64,000 nucleotides of DNA from Octopus vulgaris (taxonomy: Eukaryota). The translations under genes and the position numbers were made by a program. The stretch covers positions 60,884,001-60,948,000 of the forward strand of contig OX597824.1 of assembly GCA_951406725.2 (NCBI GenBank), in the 5' to 3' direction. Shown here in pieces: positions 60,728 through 64,000 of this stretch. The notes below the pieces were generated by a model, which did no database searches, had not been told where the DNA came from, and saw only the letters and a list, made by a program, of their open reading frames with translations. How positions within the stretch are numbered: position 1 is the stretch's first letter; the number at the start of each line of letters is the position of its first letter.

Positions 60728-62236
60728 GATAACAAGAACAAGAACAAGAACAACAATAACAACAATAACAATTACAATAATAATAATAAATGCCTTATGC
60801 TGTAACAGGCACTGGTTCTTATGGTTTCTCGTTTTAACTGAATGGTAGTGTTATCAGGTACATGCTTTCTCATAAAAGATGGGCTACCACAAATATTCTA
60901 CTCAATACCTCATATTTGCTTATCAGTTGCTTGATCTTAACCAGTTGAGCATGTCCCTTAGTGGCTGACGATATGTGCATCTCTGATCCGAAGCAGTGAG
61001 GGAACATCATAGCTATGTTTTGAGAGGAATTCTTTGTAGTATGAATAATTCATCTCTGGAAACATGGGTGTTTCGCTCAATATTCTTAAACAACCCTTAT
61101 TCGAGGACCTTTTGGGCAAAATGGGCTACTCGACCTGAAGAAAATTTTAACTGGGCCCCACCAGCAATGTTATGCGCTGTTTATCTTGATATGAAATCAC
61201 CATGTCATGCACATATGGTTGTGGTGCATGTACCTAGTGTACTCTTATCAGACAGGTAGTAACGATGGGTAAATTGGGTTTCATATATTTTACCCCAGTG
61301 TCACTTTGATCGCATGCACTAATACCGGAACCATGTGGTTGGGGAGCAAACCTGTTGGAAAAAAAGATTACTTAATACCTGTGCACCTACAGGTGAAACT
61401 CAGAGTAGAAAAAGACTTATTCAACCAAGATAAATTACGTATATAATTTTTTCTGTGAATCTAAATTTGAGATTTTTAAATTTACTATATAGTCAGTAAT
61501 TTTGGTTAGGTTACGGGCCTTTATTCTATTGAAATTCGGTTCCAAAGGAAAGTGGTGGTATAGTTATATGTGTAACACTCTTTCTATTGAAAGCAAACAT
61601 AAATTAACGTTTAAAAAATATTTTGTTAAAACATTTCGTGAAATTATTGCGTGCGTTGATGCAGAGTCCACACATAAACAGGCTGGACTTTAGATGATTC
61701 AAAGTCATCTCTAAAAGCACAGGACGGATTTTTCTCGATAGAATATTATGCTGGCTATTTTACTTCGAATATGAAAGTGCATTTTTATCGGAATTTTCTT
61801 TCTTTCACGGGACAATGATATCAATTTACGGAAAACAATATAAAATTCAGCGGAAGAAGACACAGTAAGTAACCTACTTCCATTTAACAGATAATGCTCC
61901 AAAATAGAAGTCGCCTTCCTTTGACATTTAATTAAGTGATATCATCAATTTATTTATGTTAGTATATCAAGGAATATGTATTTTCTACAACTAAATTTTC
62001 AGGTTTATTCCAAGCCACTCTTCTGTTCATTTGAAATAAATGAAATTATCCGTCGGTATAGGTTAATAGAAGTGCAATTATGTTTTGTTATTAGCTTTTT
62101 CTGTTATTATTTATAAGGCTTGCTTTCGTCAAATGCTGACAAATATTAAACAGGAAAAATCTTAAAAGTAGTTATATATGTTAAGTGATAACAAAATGCA
62201 CATATAGAAAGAGTGTTACGCATATAACTATACTAC

Positions 62237-62293
62237 CATTTTTCTTTGGGGTCTCAGCTGCAGGTCTCTCTGGACGTAGTCTATAATCAGCGT
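62237..62293 (-). CDS. Candidate upstream exon, duplicate copy B
   Basis: catttag|...aatg|gtagta, 57 nt, phase 1-1; xADYRLRPERPAAETPKKN; positional paralogue of 53701-53769. Confidence 0.6.
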
Positions 62294-62425
62294 CTAAATG
62301 AATAAAAGAGAAATGAAAAAGAACAAAAACAAGCATGAAACATTTTCATTAAGGTCCTCAATCAATATTGCACACAAAATATCAATGTAATCAAATTGAT
62401 ATTCTTCATCAAAACGATTCCTTAC

Positions 62426-62458
62426 ATTGGAACAACGCAGGTATTTCGTTGGGCGTTG
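62426..62458 (-). CDS. Candidate 33-nt micro-exon, copy B
   Basis: Identical to 53913-53945. Confidence 0.4.
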
Positions 62459-64000
62459 CTATAGTATATGACTAGTATTTATTTTCAATTGATCTAAGAC
62501 ACAAGGAAACCAGCTTAAATCGACCTCGTCGAAGAGAATGCTTTAATTACTATTAGATAACTAGAGTGTTATCTGTTATATGGCGGATATATTTGAAAAT
62601 TTACTTTTGCCATAACGAATAATATCAGGAAATATGACATACATTCAATAATTATGATTTAACTTTTACTAACTTTCCTTTTACTTATACAAAATGATGA
62701 AATGATAACAAATTTCCAAAAGATTACGATTTGTTGCCTTAAAATCAAATCTTTTATCTTTTCCTTGTCAGTCATTAGACTGCGGCCATGCTGGAGCACC
62801 ACCTTTAAGAAGTTTTAGTCGAATGAATCGATCCCAGGACTTACTTTTTTTAAGACTGACACTTATTCTATCGGTGTCTTTTGCCGAACCGCTAAGCTAC
62901 AAGGAGTTAAACAAACCAACACCGGTTGTCAAGCAGTGTTGAGTGACACACACGCACGCACACGCACACGCTCACGCACATACACATACGCACACATGCA
63001 CAGGCACACACGCGCGCACACATGTATATATACAACGGGCTTCTTTCAGTTTCCCTCTATCAAATCTACTTAGAATGCTTTGCTCGGCTCGGGCCTATAG
63101 TAGAAGACACTTGCCCAAGGTGCCACGCAGTGGGACTAAACCTGGAGCCATGTGGTTTGGAAGCAAGCTTCTTACCACACACCCACACCTGTTTATTTTC
63201 AATAAATATTATTATTTTCTATATTTTTATCAATCTAATCACAATTTACTCCACCGAAAACCTAAATGGGTATTTTTCGCAAAGTTATAAGATGCTCGTT
63301 CTGCACCAGTTGTATTAACTTTCTCACTATCTCCTTTTTACCTCATCCCTCTCTCTCTCACTCTCCTTCTGTGTCCCTTCTTTTCATTTTTCTTCTCTCC
63401 AACTCTCCCTGTCTCTGTGTTTTGCCTGCCTCCTCTCTCTTTCCTTCTTTCTTCATGTTGTAAAGTGTGATTGGAGAAATCAGCGAACCAACCAAGTGGT
63501 TGAAAAATTTTGCATGGTACTTTTTATTGTGTGATATTAATTAGTAAGCAATTATATATTTATGTTGATGCTTAGACAATTCCTCTTCCTTCTCTTACGC
63601 CTCCTCCCCCTCCTCCTATCCGGCTTCTCCTCGTCTTTCTTCACACAAATCATTGCTGTCACTACCGCCACCGTTGCCACCACCGCAGTCGTCGTAAGTT
63701 TTGACGTCCATTTTTCTGTGTTTGTATAGATCAGACTAGTGGTTTAGTGGTTAGGGTGTCAGCACCATGATCACCACGATCATAGGATTGTGGTTTCGAT
63801 TCCTGGACCGGACGACGCGTTGTGTTCTTGAGCAAAACGCTTCATTTCTCGTTGCTCCAGTCCACCCAGCTTGCAAAAATGAGTAACGCTGCGATGGACT
63901 GGCGTCCCGTCCAGCTGGAAAACACATACGCGATAGAAACCGGGAAATTCTCCATGGTGGGATGCCATCCCTGTTGTCAACCCTCACTTTGAAATTCAAG

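Larger units (their letters stand above)
59930..63195 (+). repeat. Segmental duplication, copy B
   Basis: See copy A; begins with a decayed R4/Dong REL remnant (IPIHRDMKIKAN...[24 protein letters not shown]). Confidence 0.92.

Overview
AT-rich, microsatellite- and transposon-dense eukaryotic DNA. The SINE/LINE families look like those of octopus (coleoid cephalopod); this is an inference from repeat style. The one clear host gene is on the minus strand and is mostly missed by the ORF track. I assembled it by hand from GT-AG exons with compatible phases: 34931-35002, 31897-31955, 31058-31139, 30568-30659, 26763-26853, 22814-22950, 7391-7479, 4938-5002, 3572-3673, 1810-1926 and 1514-1707. It encodes a CAP/SCP (CRISP/venom-allergen-like) domain, an EGF-like domain, an ShKT-like domain and a hydrophobic C-terminal tail, with a low-complexity N-terminal extension. 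Further small minus-strand exons lie upstream in a duplicated block (about 49.9-54.6 kb versus 59.9-63.2 kb), where the introns are conserved but one exon is strongly diverged. The introns and flanks hold a near-intact RTE LINE split by a mariner, a near full-length R4/Dong-like LINE in (TAA)n, and Penelope, Tx1, CR1/L2 and BovB-like fragments. They also hold non-autonomous Helitrons, foldback MITEs, many tRNA-derived SINEs, a palindromic Elongin B retrocopy and a palindrome with a hammerhead-ribozyme-like motif on each strand. Exon coordinates were read base by base; repeat boundaries are approximate. Most short ORFs in the supplied track are microsatellite or SINE artefacts.
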